The notes: generated by a model not told the origin, from the sequence alone. 61,979 nucleotides of DNA from a virus (IMGVR_UViG_3300027985_000277:1-61979); one strand, 5' to 3'; shown: positions 27,542 through 38,263, numbered from the stretch's first letter. Numbers and translations are program-made.

Positions 27542-28288
27542 TTACATTCCTACCTTGGAGATAGTGAGTCCGGTTCCTTGGAATTGAATGGTTGCATTAG
27601 AGGATAGCCCGGCTGTTGCTGCATAATAGCCCCGGCGTGTGCGGAATGTATACAGAGCACCCGGATGCAGGAATGACCACACATGTGCTTGGCCCGTACT
27701 CGCGATGGTGACCTGGCCGTCATTGGTGACTCCCCACTCTACAATGATCCCATCACCTCGCGTTGGATTCTTCACAGGGTCCCCGTCTTCGTCCAGAACC
27801 TCTACACCAATGAATCCGGAGGACAGAGAACTGTTTTCGGCCAGCACGGAAATGAACCCGCTAGCTTGCACCGAAACCTTCCCTGTTGAAGGAATATGGA
27901 TTTGTAGTTCCGTGTCTGCTGCTGGGTCGTACGGGAGCCATGTGAGGGGAATATCCTCAGTAAATGCGGTGAACGTAATTGTTGTGAAGTCGCTGGGGGC
28001 TGTTTCTCCCGACACTGTTTGATCCGCCAAGAATTGAACCTGGGTGTTCAACGATGATTGCATGGTTGCGAGCGCAGTCTGAGTGGTCGCAATCGTTTCC
28101 TGTGCGGACTGAATCAGTGCTTGAGTCTGGGCAATAGTGCTCTGGGCCGACAGAATTGCGTCTACGCGGTTATTGCTGCTGGTGATTAGGGCAGACAATT
28201 TCTTGTCGTTTGCCTCCAACGCTCGAAGTCGCTTTTCGACATCTCGACCCCACAATGCACTTTGCGGAGGAAGATTGGCTTTGACCAT
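27542..28288 (-). CDS. Minor tail protein
   Basis: Coiled-coil N-terminus; position in tail module. Confidence 0.75.
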   Translation of the reverse strand: MVKANLPPQSALWGRDVEKRLRALEANDKKLSALITSSNNRVDAILSAQSTIAQTQALIQSAQETIATTQTALATMQSSLNTQVQFLADQTVSGETAPSDFTTITFTAFTEDIPLTWLPYDPAADTELQIHIPSTGKVSVQASGFISVLAENSSLSSGFIGVEVLDEDGDPVKNPTRGDGIIVEWGVTNDGQVTIASTGQAHVWSFLHPGALYTFRTRRGYYAATAGLSSNATIQFQGTGLTISKVGM

Positions 28289-29731
28289 TTATGCCGTCCT
28301 TGTTGGTAATGTAGCAAATACCCCACAGGTTTGACCTGCCCAAAGGGTATTGAAGTCGGTAATTGTCTTTCCGGACCAAGCAGTGTTGAACTCAGAGACC
28401 AGTGTATCAGCCGTACCACTCAGGGAGTACCCTGTAGGGGACATGGTTACAGAAGAGATACGGAAGATGGCTCCTTCGCCCGTATGACGTGACCCCAGCA
28501 AGTCAGAGAACGCATTGTTTTGGATTGCTTCTGCTGAGACAGAATGGGTGGGCCCAGCAAATGCTTGGGCGGCACGGACACCAACAGTCCAAAGTCGCTC
28601 TGTCGTGTCTACGAAAGGGTTCTCCACTGTTGTAGCATTCTCTTCCTTGCTCACTGTGCCCTCCACTCCGGTCACGAACGTTTGTGTGGTCTTCACATAC
28701 CGGACACCGTACCCAGTAATGTGCAGAGAGTTATAGAATGCATTTTCGTCTACCGCTGTTGCAGCAATAGAATACGGAGCGAGTGTGGTTCCTCCGCTCG
28801 TATTCGGAAGACTTTCTACGTCGGGCGCAGTTATAGTAACGTGAAGAACTGAAGGATCATCCGAAATTTCTACCCGGATGCTTCCCCCCTGATCCACCCA
28901 TTGAGCAGCGACAATCGGAAGTCCATCATTTCCTGCAACACAATAAGCACCTGTATCTGTGCGTTCTTCTGGTCCAACGAGATCCATCGGCACAGGCTGA
29001 TTAACAGCGGATAGCCACCCGTTGCATTTGATGTCGTACTGAACTACTTCTCCTGCATCTACGGTAAGGATTTGAGGGTCGTCCACAGAAAATGGAGCGA
29101 ACTCCAAATACCCCGAACTCGGAATGGTGTATTCATACATATTCGCACTTACACTTTGCGCAGAAGTCTGGTCGTTCACGCTGTAAGTTCGAGACGAGAA
29201 TTTGGGGCTTGCAGGTTGTGTTCGAATGGTGCGAAATTTGATTACGTCTGGAGTTCCACTGTCCACGTAATATTCGTAGTCGTAGACCGTGCAAAAATGC
29301 TTGAGGTAGTCGAGTATTACCCCGCGCCATCCCGGGAACACCACTGTACCAGTGGTCGGGAGACCGGAACTGGACATCCCCGCAAGAGATAGAACTTGGT
29401 CCATTGCGTCCGTCAATGACAGTCCGTACGACGGGTAAATTGTGGCCTCAATATTGAGTCGTTGCAGCATAGTCTCCGCTGTGAATTCTACAGCGTTCTT
29501 GCTCCCCCAAGAGACCTGACTAATGCGTCCTGCGGCGGAACCGAATTGCGTATCTGTGAGAACGAATTGACGGTTTCGATTGACCTGGGGATATGTGAGT
29601 GGGCCTGTGGTGAACTTGATTGATCCCGTGCCGCCGTCAAGATCAGCCGGGTTCAAGGAAGGCACAGCGGCTTCAGCGCTGTATTGGGTGATGTTTGAGC
29701 CGATACCAGCAATGTCGGTCTTTACAGCCAT
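28289..29731 (-). CDS. Minor tail protein (baseplate hub-like)
   Basis: Second gene after tape measure. Confidence 0.75.
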   Translation of the reverse strand: MAVKTDIAGIGSNITQYSAEAAVPSLNPADLDGGTGSIKFTTGPLTYPQVNRNRQFVLTDTQFGSAAGRISQVSWGSKNAVEFTAETMLQRLNIEATIYPSYGLSLTDAMDQVLSLAGMSSSGLPTTGTVVFPGWRGVILDYLKHFCTVYDYEYYVDSGTPDVIKFRTIRTQPASPKFSSRTYSVNDQTSAQSVSANMYEYTIPSSGYLEFAPFSVDDPQILTVDAGEVVQYDIKCNGWLSAVNQPVPMDLVGPEERTDTGAYCVAGNDGLPIVAAQWVDQGGSIRVEISDDPSVLHVTITAPDVESLPNTSGGTTLAPYSIAATAVDENAFYNSLHITGYGVRYVKTTQTFVTGVEGTVSKEENATTVENPFVDTTERLWTVGVRAAQAFAGPTHSVSAEAIQNNAFSDLLGSRHTGEGAIFRISSVTMSPTGYSLSGTADTLVSEFNTAWSGKTITDFNTLWAGQTCGVFATLPTRTA

Positions 29732-30534
29732 GCTCCCACCTCTTGGAAGTTAGCACTCACAGCTTGGCGGTCTAGTCCTCCGGCTGAGTACCCCGTGATC
29801 TGTGGGTCGTCTTTGAGCATAAGGCCGGTGAACCCTTCACCCTTGATGAAACTTCCGGTAGGGGCGGTTGTTCCGAAACTCATGTGCAGTCCGTATGCGG
29901 TGAGAGTTCCCGTCCCATCCACGCTGACCACAATCCATCCACCCGTGGACGGAGCCGTATACGTGAAATTGGTCAGGGTCGAAGTGGTCACGGCCAACGG
30001 CGTAATGGCTGTACCATTGATGCGCAGTGCAGCAGTTCCGGTCACTGATCCGTGAAAGCCTACATATGCTGTGGTGCTTGGGGGGACAGGAAATCGCCAC
30101 GATACCGAACTAGCGCCTGAAACTGCGTACTGTGCTCCGTATGTGGGGTAGTTATAGGTGTTCGCAGGAGTAGTCACCTGTGTCGGTGTCGTAGTACCGT
30201 ACAGTGGTGGAGCGTCGTCTGTAGCCAAGTACGGCACAGCCAACCACTGGGGGAACACGTTTACGTTCTCGGCAAAGGGGTCGCTGTAGTAGAACGGGCC
30301 TGGGCCGTAAGTCCCCTCGAAGTAGGTTGTAAGTTGCCGCACCTCCGCACCTGTCATTGTGGGCCAGGTAAGGTTGTGTTGGCGAGAGCCACTGGCACTG
30401 CTGCGGCCCCACTGTCCGCCATTAAGGAACTGTCCTCCGACACGCCAGCGAGTCAGACTGCGGTCCACTCCTGGGATCGGAGCAGGCACCCACGACATCT
30501 TATTCAGCGTGCCGAACCAAACCTGTTTCCCCAT
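29722..30534 (-). CDS. Minor tail protein (distal tail-like)
   Basis: Directly after tape measure. Confidence 0.75.
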   Translation of the reverse strand: MGKQVWFGTLNKMSWVPAPIPGVDRSLTRWRVGGQFLNGGQWGRSSASGSRQHNLTWPTMTGAEVRQLTTYFEGTYGPGPFYYSDPFAENVNVFPQWLAVPYLATDDAPPLYGTTTPTQVTTPANTYNYPTYGAQYAVSGASSVSWRFPVPPSTTAYVGFHGSVTGTAALRINGTAITPLAVTTSTLTNFTYTAPSTGGWIVVSVDGTGTLTAYGLHMSFGTTAPTGSFIKGEGFTGLMLKDDPQITGYSAGGLDRQAVSANFQEVGAWL

Positions 30535-33500
30535 TAGGAGTTCCCCCTAATACTAGAGTTGTGGTTGGACGTGTTTACCGATGCAGCGATCTGCTTTCCG
30601 TCGAGTTGGACGATCAAGTCGCCTCCCGTTGCGGCCAGCAGAGCCCGATCTGTAGGACTCAGTTCAACCATGATAACAGAAGGCATCCGAGCGATATTGT
30701 TTGTGGTGTTCTGGTTCTGCACCCGCTCCATGAGATATGGAAGACCTGTGTTCTGGTTAACGTCCTTCTTCGGAAAGACATACTCGCCCTTGTGGACGAT
30801 ACCGGCTTCGTCGTACTTGTTTCCTCGACCGGTGAAACCACCCGTCCACAGAGACTTCAGAGCTTGCCGCTGCCAGTAGGTCCACTTCTTGGAGTAATCT
30901 GTCAGGGCTGCCATGTTGGAGGTACCCATGATGAGTTTGGCGTATTTGTCCATCATGTCTTCGGCGTGCTGGCGTGCACTGGACTTTTCTCCCTTGTACG
31001 CAACATCGACAGGCACATCGATACCTCCCGAAGCGCCCTTCCCTCCGGTATTCTTCGCCAAGAACTCCTTGATGGCTCGGGTGGCGGGGTCAGTATCAGC
31101 ATCCACGCTGACATTGACATTCTTGGGAACCTTAGCGATGATCTTGATCATGCCATCAAACGCGGCTCCGTATTTGTCAATTTCTGCTTGGGACAAGCCC
31201 ATCTGCTTTGCGAGGGCTTCAACGGCTGCTCGACCGTCCGCAATTGCCTGGTTGATCTCCTTCTGGCTGGCCCCCGATTCGGCCAACTTGAGGATGTAGT
31301 TCTGCCACGAATCGTAGAGCGCGCGAACGGCGTCGTCGGCATCGTTCACCGTAGAAGCAGTTGTCGCTGCGAAAGCATTGAACAAATCAGCATAAGTGGT
31401 GAGTTCGTTGGCTGCGAACCCCATCGATTCGGCTTGCGCCAAGAAGTCTTCCTTGGCCTGCGCTACTGCCGACGCGATGTCCTCGTTGCTAGCCCCACTC
31501 TCAGCCAACTGTTTGATGTAGTCGGAGTATACTCCCAAAAGATCCTGAACGGTCTTGCGATTGGCGATAGCCTGCTTCGAGGTTCCCGTCAGGCTCTTGT
31601 CTTGTGCGTCGTAGGCATCAGCCAAATCACGTTGTGCGTCGGCCAAGTCTTTCGTCGCAGAGGCTTCCTTGGCGTCTAGTTCTGTCAGTTTGGCCCGAAT
31701 ACTAGCAGCCCGAAGGTCGTCTCCGTACATGACCGCAACATTGAGCCCATACTGGAGATTGGTGCGATCAGACCCGATTTCCGCAAGACTGGCAGTGGCT
31801 TCCTTGATCTTGTTCGTAGCATCTACTACGTCACTCGCAGCCTGCTGCGCTGCGTCTTGCATGTCGTAGAACATGGACGCAAGACTGTCCTTGTAGTCTT
31901 GGTAGGAGAAGAACTTGGTGTACGCACCTTCAATGTCGTACACTGTTTCGACCAAGACCTTGGCAGCATCCTGCTGCGCTTTCTGCACAGCCTTCCAAGC
32001 ATCTTCGAGACCCCAGCGGAAATTATCAGCGGCATCCATGACCTGCTGAAGGTCGTCCACCCAATCGCTGAGGGTACGCTTTTGCTTCTGCGCCGCAGAC
32101 GTGTTTTTTCGGGTCGCCCCGGTGTTCTTGTTGAGGGCCGCAGTTCCCTGCTGAATTCCCGCGTTGAGGGACTTCTGGGCTGCTGCTGAAGCCGCCATCG
32201 CAGCGGTACGAAGTGCTTGCAGTGCCTGCAAAGCATTCTCAGCCGCCACCCTCTTAGCGAGCGCAGCATTCATGGCTTGCTGTGCCGCTACGTCCCCCGC
32301 CATTGCAGCAGTCTGTGCACTAGCGATAGCTGTATTCTGAAGGCTGATAATGGCCTGCTGGGCGGCAATTGCGGAGTTGATCACGCCCAAGATATTCGTT
32401 TGGGCCTCAGCAGAATTGAAGTCCAAATTGTAAGTTCCGCCGAGAGTATCTTGGAGAATGTTCCCCAATACTCGCATGGATTTACCTGAGACAACACCCT
32501 GCTTTTGCAGAGCCACCATCGCCCCGAGAATGTTTTCGCCAAACTTGTTGGTGTCATTTCCAGATGCTTTCTGCACCTGATCAATAACATCCAACACTTT
32601 ACTCATGTTGGTGCGAGCCTTTTCCCCGAGGCCATCGAATTGTTGCCCATTTTCGACCAAGGATTTACCAAGATCCTCCCACGAGGCTGCGAGGTCATAA
32701 GGAGCTTCCAACTTGGTTTTCAGCGATGACCAAACATCAGCCAATGTCTTGCCTTCATCAGCAGTAGTTCCTGCGGAGTCAGCCAAGTTGCGCATACCGT
32801 CAGCCGCTTGCGCAGTCGCTTGGGTCGTTTGTCCAGAGGCAGCCCCCAGCAAATCCTGGGCCAAAGTCAATTCTTCAACCCGAGTCTTGGTGCTTTCAGA
32901 TGCCCCGGAGAGAACCTTGTAGACCGATATCTCAGCTTCGATTTGAGCAATACGCGCGTTCGCAGCGTCCTTCTGCGCCTGTGTGGCAGTGGTGCTTCCT
33001 GGCACAAGGGCCAAACGATATGCTTCGGCTTGCAGGTCTTCAATACGCTTCTGTACGTATGCTACACCGCTGTCCGCGTCCTGCTTCAGGTGGGAAAAGA
33101 AGTCCGGAAGACTAAAATCTGTCCCCTTGAGTTCAGCGGAATACTTAGCCCAAACATCTTTCAGGTCTGGGAGATTGGCAACATCATTGGCAAGTTGTTG
33201 CGTTAGATTGTCTCCAATAGCCAACGTTTGAGACTTGATCTCGTCCGTAGCGCCCTTGGCAGAGTCGCGTAGAGCGTCCTGACCCTTGGCAGCCACCTGG
33301 AGTTGCTTGCCCCACTCGGGCATAGTGTCGGAAGAGTTGCCCACCTCGGTCTGGAAGGTTCGAATGGCCTTGCCGGTCTTCTGGTATTCGGCTGTATCCT
33401 GCTTCAACGCTTCTATCAGCGCAGAGTTGTCCTCGCCAAACATCTTGTGGGCGCGGTCGGAAGCAGTCTCCGTGAACTTCTCATAGATAGCTTGCGCTCC

Positions 33501-35663
33501 CCACAGAGCGGCAGTAATAGCCAGCAGGACAGCATTGAATTTGACGAAGCTCCCCACCGTGGATACTACGGTGGCTCCCAGTGTTTTAGTGACAGCCACA
33601 CCCCGAGCGGCTGCTGCGGCTTCCCCTGTGAGCGCAGTAGATGCCTGTGCCGCTGCGGCAGCGTCTTGCTGAAGCATGGTGCGGAATGACTGGCCGCTCA
33701 GCGACCCCTTGAGAAAAGCTGCCGAAGTAGAAAGCAGTTGCTTGGTAAGAGTGCCGAGGCTGATACTGAGCGTACCAGAGATGTTACGCACGCCAGTGGC
33801 TGCGGTGACCATGCCGTACATGGTGCCTTGGAATTTAGCCGCGATAGCGACCTGGATAGCCATAGCCGCACCAAGAGCGATCATGGAACCGGCAATCATG
33901 GTCAGATACTGCACACCCGGAATGCGGGTAAAGCCCAGCCACACCTGTGCCAGTGAGTTGAACGCCTTGAGTGAGGAGTTCAAGGCTCCGTCTGAATCTC
34001 CGAGAGCCGCAATCAAGGCGCTGAGGGTATTCATCAGCACTTGGAAATTGTTGGCTACATTGTCGGTCTGCTTAGCGTATCCCTCAGCGAGAGCAGTAGC
34101 GTCCGAATAAGCAGATGCAGAGTTCTCTAGCGCTTGGGAGTAAACGTCAGTGTTATTGGCGAGAACCTGCAACAGCCGTTGATCTCGAACAGCGTGAATG
34201 CCCATGCTTGCCAAGAAGTTGGTTGTGTTCTCCCCAGCGGCCTGCATCTTCTGGAGACCCTGCACAAAGGCAGAGAACACCTGCTGGGAGCCAGCATCTC
34301 CTTGCTTCCAGAGCGCCTTCAATTGATCCAGCGTCATTCCAGTGGCATCAGCCAGCTTCTGTGTAGCATCGGTGCTGGAGGTAGCTCCGTTTTCGATGAT
34401 GTTGAAGATACGCTGCAACGAACCGCGAGCGGCTTCTGGCTGCACGCCCAACGAGGCGAGAGCGCCAGCCAACGCGATGATCTGAGTGTTGGAGAGCCCA
34501 GCAAGGTCACCGGCAGTGGCGATCTGACTGCCCATATCTAGAATCTCGGACTCCGTGGCGACCGAGGTGACGCCCACTTGATAGATGGCAGAGCCGAGGT
34601 TTTCGTACTCGCTGGCGGCGGTACCCGTCAACTGGGCCAGCCGACCGATATTGGTGGCAGCTTCTTCGACACCTACGTTAGTGGTGGCAGAGAACTTAGC
34701 AACCACTTGAGTGAAGTTGGCAACCGACTCAGCCGGAATATCCAACTGCCCAGCCAGCGTACCGATCTGGGACAAGTCCGCAAAGGTGGCCGGAATAGTG
34801 GTCGAAAGGTCTTCAAACTGCTGACGCAGGTGTTCGGCAGCGTCCCCGGTGAGGTTCACCGTACGCGCCACGCTGGCGAAGTTGGCTTCGAATTTAGCCG
34901 CAGCGATTGTCGGTACAACCACCGCAGCACTTAGCGCGATGCCCACAATGGAGGCTGTACGGCTGATATCGTACAACGCATATCGAGTGTTGCTCAGTTG
35001 CCCGAGATACTTTGACTCCGCAGCCAGTGCAGCCTTGCGGGCCCGTTCCGCAGCCGCAGCTTGGGCCACCTGGGCCTTGGTGATCATCTCAGCTTCGGTG
35101 ATGGCTTCTCGCGCTGCCTCACGAGCCGCCTGCTCCTGCGCTGCCGCCGATGCTTTAGACGATGCAGCCCTCTTGGCATCTTCCTTGGCGAGAAACGCCG
35201 ACGCCTCAGCAGCCAGTTTCTCTTGCCTGCGTACCGCTTCCCTTTGGATACGCGCAGCCTCAGCGTCCGCGATCTTCTGGGCGTCCATCAGCGCCTTCTG
35301 TTCCGCAGCGGCTCGCTTGGCGGCATCGCTGGTTACAGACTTTGGCGTGGCGGTAGTGGGTGTTGTCGTTGTTCCTGCCGTGGTGGTCGGCGTGGTGATA
35401 GTCCCCTGTGCCGCCTTCTTCAACGCCAGTTGCGAGCGCGTAGCTTTATCCAGAGCAGCCGCATAGGACCGGTATGCACTGACCGCGTTGCGAACGATCT
35501 TGGCGTCATTAGCAATGCTCTGGCTGAGCAGATTGACCGTCTTAGCGGTACTGAGCGCAATGTTGTCTACCTGCTCCAGCAGGACGCTCAGGCTTTCAAG
35601 CTTTTTGAGCCCGTCGCCGGTTACGTCAAACCGAAATTCGCCACTAACTTGGTCGTCGGCCAC
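30534..35663 (-). CDS. Tape measure protein
   Basis: 1709 aa, Ala-rich helical, TP901-type core, C-terminal GGFTG...AGIVHKGEYV. Confidence 0.95.
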   Translation of the reverse strand: MADDQVSGEFRFDVTGDGLKKLESLSVLLEQVDNIALSTAKTVNLLSQSIANDAKIVRNAVSAYRSYAAALDKATRSQLALKKAAQGTITTPTTTAGTTTTPTTATPKSVTSDAAKRAAAEQKALMDAQKIADAEAARIQREAVRRQEKLAAEASAFLAKEDAKRAASSKASAAAQEQAAREAAREAITEAEMITKAQVAQAAAAERARKAALAAESKYLGQLSNTRYALYDISRTASIVGIALSAAVVVPTIAAAKFEANFASVARTVNLTGDAAEHLRQQFEDLSTTIPATFADLSQIGTLAGQLDIPAESVANFTQVVAKFSATTNVGVEEAATNIGRLAQLTGTAASEYENLGSAIYQVGVTSVATESEILDMGSQIATAGDLAGLSNTQIIALAGALASLGVQPEAARGSLQRIFNIIENGATSSTDATQKLADATGMTLDQLKALWKQGDAGSQQVFSAFVQGLQKMQAAGENTTNFLASMGIHAVRDQRLLQVLANNTDVYSQALENSASAYSDATALAEGYAKQTDNVANNFQVLMNTLSALIAALGDSDGALNSSLKAFNSLAQVWLGFTRIPGVQYLTMIAGSMIALGAAMAIQVAIAAKFQGTMYGMVTAATGVRNISGTLSISLGTLTKQLLSTSAAFLKGSLSGQSFRTMLQQDAAAAAQASTALTGEAAAAARGVAVTKTLGATVVSTVGSFVKFNAVLLAITAALWGAQAIYEKFTETASDRAHKMFGEDNSALIEALKQDTAEYQKTGKAIRTFQTEVGNSSDTMPEWGKQLQVAAKGQDALRDSAKGATDEIKSQTLAIGDNLTQQLANDVANLPDLKDVWAKYSAELKGTDFSLPDFFSHLKQDADSGVAYVQKRIEDLQAEAYRLALVPGSTTATQAQKDAANARIAQIEAEISVYKVLSGASESTKTRVEELTLAQDLLGAASGQTTQATAQAADGMRNLADSAGTTADEGKTLADVWSSLKTKLEAPYDLAASWEDLGKSLVENGQQFDGLGEKARTNMSKVLDVIDQVQKASGNDTNKFGENILGAMVALQKQGVVSGKSMRVLGNILQDTLGGTYNLDFNSAEAQTNILGVINSAIAAQQAIISLQNTAIASAQTAAMAGDVAAQQAMNAALAKRVAAENALQALQALRTAAMAASAAAQKSLNAGIQQGTAALNKNTGATRKNTSAAQKQKRTLSDWVDDLQQVMDAADNFRWGLEDAWKAVQKAQQDAAKVLVETVYDIEGAYTKFFSYQDYKDSLASMFYDMQDAAQQAASDVVDATNKIKEATASLAEIGSDRTNLQYGLNVAVMYGDDLRAASIRAKLTELDAKEASATKDLADAQRDLADAYDAQDKSLTGTSKQAIANRKTVQDLLGVYSDYIKQLAESGASNEDIASAVAQAKEDFLAQAESMGFAANELTTYADLFNAFAATTASTVNDADDAVRALYDSWQNYILKLAESGASQKEINQAIADGRAAVEALAKQMGLSQAEIDKYGAAFDGMIKIIAKVPKNVNVSVDADTDPATRAIKEFLAKNTGGKGASGGIDVPVDVAYKGEKSSARQHAEDMMDKYAKLIMGTSNMAALTDYSKKWTYWQRQALKSLWTGGFTGRGNKYDEAGIVHKGEYVFPKKDVNQNTGLPYLMERVQNQNTTNNIARMPSVIMVELSPTDRALLAATGGDLIVQLDGKQIAASVNTSNHNSSIRGNS

Positions 35664-35702
35664 CGGTTACCCCTTGCGTACGGAACATTACGTTCTATTC
35701 TA

Positions 35703-36140
35703 TCAAACGGGCTTTTTAGACTCCTCCTCGAAGTATTCCTTTCGAGTCGGCATTTTCGCACCCGCTTCGGCCTCAATGGGGAGCAATCCAACCTCCGTGT
35801 AGTAAGAAGTGCCCCAGTCCTTGGCGTCTTCCTTCGACGCACGATCTTTAGCCTTTTTCTTGCCGTCCTTGTAACGCTCTAGTGCTCGTGTTGCTTGGCA
35901 AGTAGTTTGCTTCACTTTGAAGTGGATAACGTTACTGTTGGATCGGCACAGCCAAATCGGATGTCCGCACTGGGGGCAGAGTTCGTCCTGCATTGTTTGA
36001 TAGGCCTCGATCAGGGCGAAGTCGAATTCCTCCCACGGATCGGTTGGTTGGGCCCGGAACAACAAGGCACATGGGCGGATGCCTGCGGTGATAGATGCCT
36101 TGATTTTGTGGACGAGGTATGAGTTTTCCGGCTTACTCAA
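35703..36140 (-). CDS. Tail assembly chaperone, frameshifted extension (gpT-like)
   Basis: Reached by -1 shift at CCCAAATTTC. Confidence 0.8.
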   Translation of the reverse strand: MSKPENSYLVHKIKASITAGIRPCALLFRAQPTDPWEEFDFALIEAYQTMQDELCPQCGHPIWLCRSNSNVIHFKVKQTTCQATRALERYKDGKKKAKDRASKEDAKDWGTSYYTEVGLLPIEAEAGAKMPTRKEYFEEESKKPV

Positions 36141-36145
36141 TACCT

Positions 36146-36667
36146 CTATGAGAAATTTGGGTCGGTAACGATGTTCTCGTACCGAAGGCTCTCGAAGTTC
36201 ACTGCCGAGGATGCCATGAGCAGTGTCTGAGATGCTTCCTGCCCCAACTTACTCCACAGTGCGGCGATCGCTTCCTCCGTCAGCGGGGCAGACTGCCCAG
36301 CGTGATTGGTGATCTTAGCGATATTTCGAGTCAGGATTTCTCGATTGATGATGTCGGCGCGCTCGTCCTGATCCTTGGTGGTGGCTTCAGCCTTCTTGGT
36401 GATCGCCTTGATCACGGATCGCGGCACACCCACCAATTCGATGTTCAAAACCGAATTGAGAATCTTTTCCCGGAGCACCCTTTGCTCAGCCAAGATTTCG
36501 TTGTTGCGTTCAGTGTCGTTCTCTCCGAGTAGCGCGGCCTCTTCCTCCAACGCATTGAAATCGGAGACTGCCTTCGAGTTCAGGTAAAGTTGCACACTCT
36601 TGGTGGGGTATGTCGTGCCTTCCAAAGCGCCAACAAGATCGAACTCTTCTGGGGTAACGTCAGTCAT
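36146..36667 (-). CDS. Tail assembly chaperone (gpG-like)
   Basis: Between major tail and tape measure; slippery site near 3' end. Confidence 0.85.
   Translation of the reverse strand: MTDVTPEEFDLVGALEGTTYPTKSVQLYLNSKAVSDFNALEEEAALLGENDTERNNEILAEQRVLREKILNSVLNIELVGVPRSVIKAITKKAEATTKDQDERADIINREILTRNIAKITNHAGQSAPLTEEAIAALWSKLGQEASQTLLMASSAVNFESLRYENIVTDPNFS
36152..36161 (-). other. -1 programmed frameshift site C CCA AAT TTC
   Basis: X XXY YYZ heptamers; -1 frame reads PKFLIEVLSKPENS into the next ORF. Confidence 0.8.
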
Positions 36668-36709
36668 TAAACACTCCTTCTCGATATCGCCTCCATGTTA
36701 GCACACAGC

Positions 36710-36740
36710 AAAACCCCCGGCCTTTTGAGCCGAGGGTTTT
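36710..36740. terminator. Intrinsic terminator after major tail genes
   Basis: AAAACCCCCGGC/GCCGAGGGTTTT hairpin. Confidence 0.75.
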
Positions 36741-36759
36741 ACCTACCACCTCCCTTCTA

Positions 36760-37542
36760 CTAGGAGACAGTGACCGCCTGTGCCGTGCTCACGGTACCGG
36801 CAGCGTGTGTTGCCGTGATATTGGCCGTACCCGTCGCCACCGCTGTGACCACACCGTTCGGGGACACTGTAGCAACTGCAAGGTTGCTGGAGTGCCAATC
36901 CACCTGGTTCGTCACGCGCTTGCCGTTCAGGGTGGCCCGCAGAGCCCGCTTCTGACCCGCTGCTGTTGGCAGTCCGTTCGGAGCCGTCACGGTGATGGCG
37001 TTCTTGGACGCTGCCACGACCTGGGTGTAAGGCCACACACCACCCTGGGGGAGGAAGTTGATCGCGTACTTGTAGGAGTCCTCACCTTCGGTGTCCGCCG
37101 CGAAGGCGTCAGTGCCGAGCTTGAAGACGGAGACCGTATCGCCCTCAACGAAGGGCTGAATCGCGCTCGGGCTTGTCTGAAGCACACGGGTCACGATATA
37201 GACCGGGATACGAGTGGCGGTGTCCTTGAAGAACTGGTATGCCTTGCCGTAATCCGAAACCGTGTCCGTCAAGTCCTTCGGGTAGAACAGGTTCAGAGTG
37301 GCCTCGTACTGCGCGTAACCACGAGTGGTCGCGTTACCGGCATCCTTGATGGAGCGGTCATCGGTGTCATTGGAGTCGGTGTTGTTCGGCCACGTTGTGC
37401 CGTCCCACGCAATCGCATTCGACACGTTGATGCCGTTGCTGTTCAGTTCTGTGACCAGCGGGGCTGTGGGGTCGGTAAGCTGATTCTGCCGAATCACTAC
37501 CACATCCACGTAGCCGTCAGCGAAGACCTTTTCGTTAGCCAT
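36760..37542 (-). CDS. Major tail protein paralog 2 with C-terminal Ig-like (Big_2) domain
   Basis: Similar to upstream gene; WHSSNLAVATVSPNGVVTAVATGTANITAT. Confidence 0.85.
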   Translation of the reverse strand: MANEKVFADGYVDVVVIRQNQLTDPTAPLVTELNSNGINVSNAIAWDGTTWPNNTDSNDTDDRSIKDAGNATTRGYAQYEATLNLFYPKDLTDTVSDYGKAYQFFKDTATRIPVYIVTRVLQTSPSAIQPFVEGDTVSVFKLGTDAFAADTEGEDSYKYAINFLPQGGVWPYTQVVAASKNAITVTAPNGLPTAAGQKRALRATLNGKRVTNQVDWHSSNLAVATVSPNGVVTAVATGTANITATHAAGTVSTAQAVTVS

Positions 37543-38084
37543 TATGCAGCCACCTCGTAGTTAACAACCATCTTGCCGTTCGGCTTGAAGCGGGCACCGT
37601 GCTTGATGAGTTCGCCGGAATCAACGCCGTCCTGCGGATAGTCGGTGTCCACACCGAACACCGAGACGTGATCACCAATTGCGAAGGCGACATCGTTCTT
37701 GACGCCGATACGCTTGATGATGTAAAGCGGACGATCAGCCGCACGGGTGAGTTCCGCAGCGAGATTGTAAACACCCTGATCGGTAAGACTCTTGTCCCGC
37801 AGGAAGTCCAGCGAAGCCTCGTAGTTCATGAACGTCGCGTTCGACACTTCGCCTTCATCCACGATGGTTCGTGTGTCGTCAGTGTCACTGTCCGTCTGGT
37901 TCAAAGTGTAGTCGTCCAGAACCGCACCAGAAATGTTGAACACCATGTTCGCCTGGGAGGCTGTCGGGGACCATGCGAACTGTGCATTCAGTTCCGCAGC
38001 AGTGGGGGCCAGCGGGTCACTGAACGCCTCGGGATAGGCGAGCATAATCGTGACGTTCGCTGGAAGCAGCTTTTCGTTAGCCAT
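37542..38084 (-). CDS. Major tail protein paralog 1
   Basis: DPLAPTAAELN, DSDTDDTRTI, NYEASLDF. Confidence 0.85.
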   Translation of the reverse strand: MANEKLLPANVTIMLAYPEAFSDPLAPTAAELNAQFAWSPTASQANMVFNISGAVLDDYTLNQTDSDTDDTRTIVDEGEVSNATFMNYEASLDFLRDKSLTDQGVYNLAAELTRAADRPLYIIKRIGVKNDVAFAIGDHVSVFGVDTDYPQDGVDSGELIKHGARFKPNGKMVVNYEVAA

Positions 38085-38263
38085 TAACTCTTCCTCTTTG
38101 TCGTTGTGGCCTCAACTGTTGTGTCCGCCTCAGGCTGGGGCTCCTCAACCGTAGGCTCCTCGGTAAAAGCCAGAACAAGGTCGGGGTCCATCCCCAGATG
38201 AGTCTCTGGGTACGAACCGATCAGCCCTGTACTCAGGCTTTTGAGCGGAACCGTATTAACCAT
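38084..38263 (-). CDS. Small hypothetical protein (59 aa)
   Basis: TAAAAT-N6-ATG; TAATG coupling to major tail gene. Confidence 0.6.
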   Translation of the reverse strand: MVNTVPLKSLSTGLIGSYPETHLGMDPDLVLAFTEEPTVEEPQPEADTTVEATTTKRKS

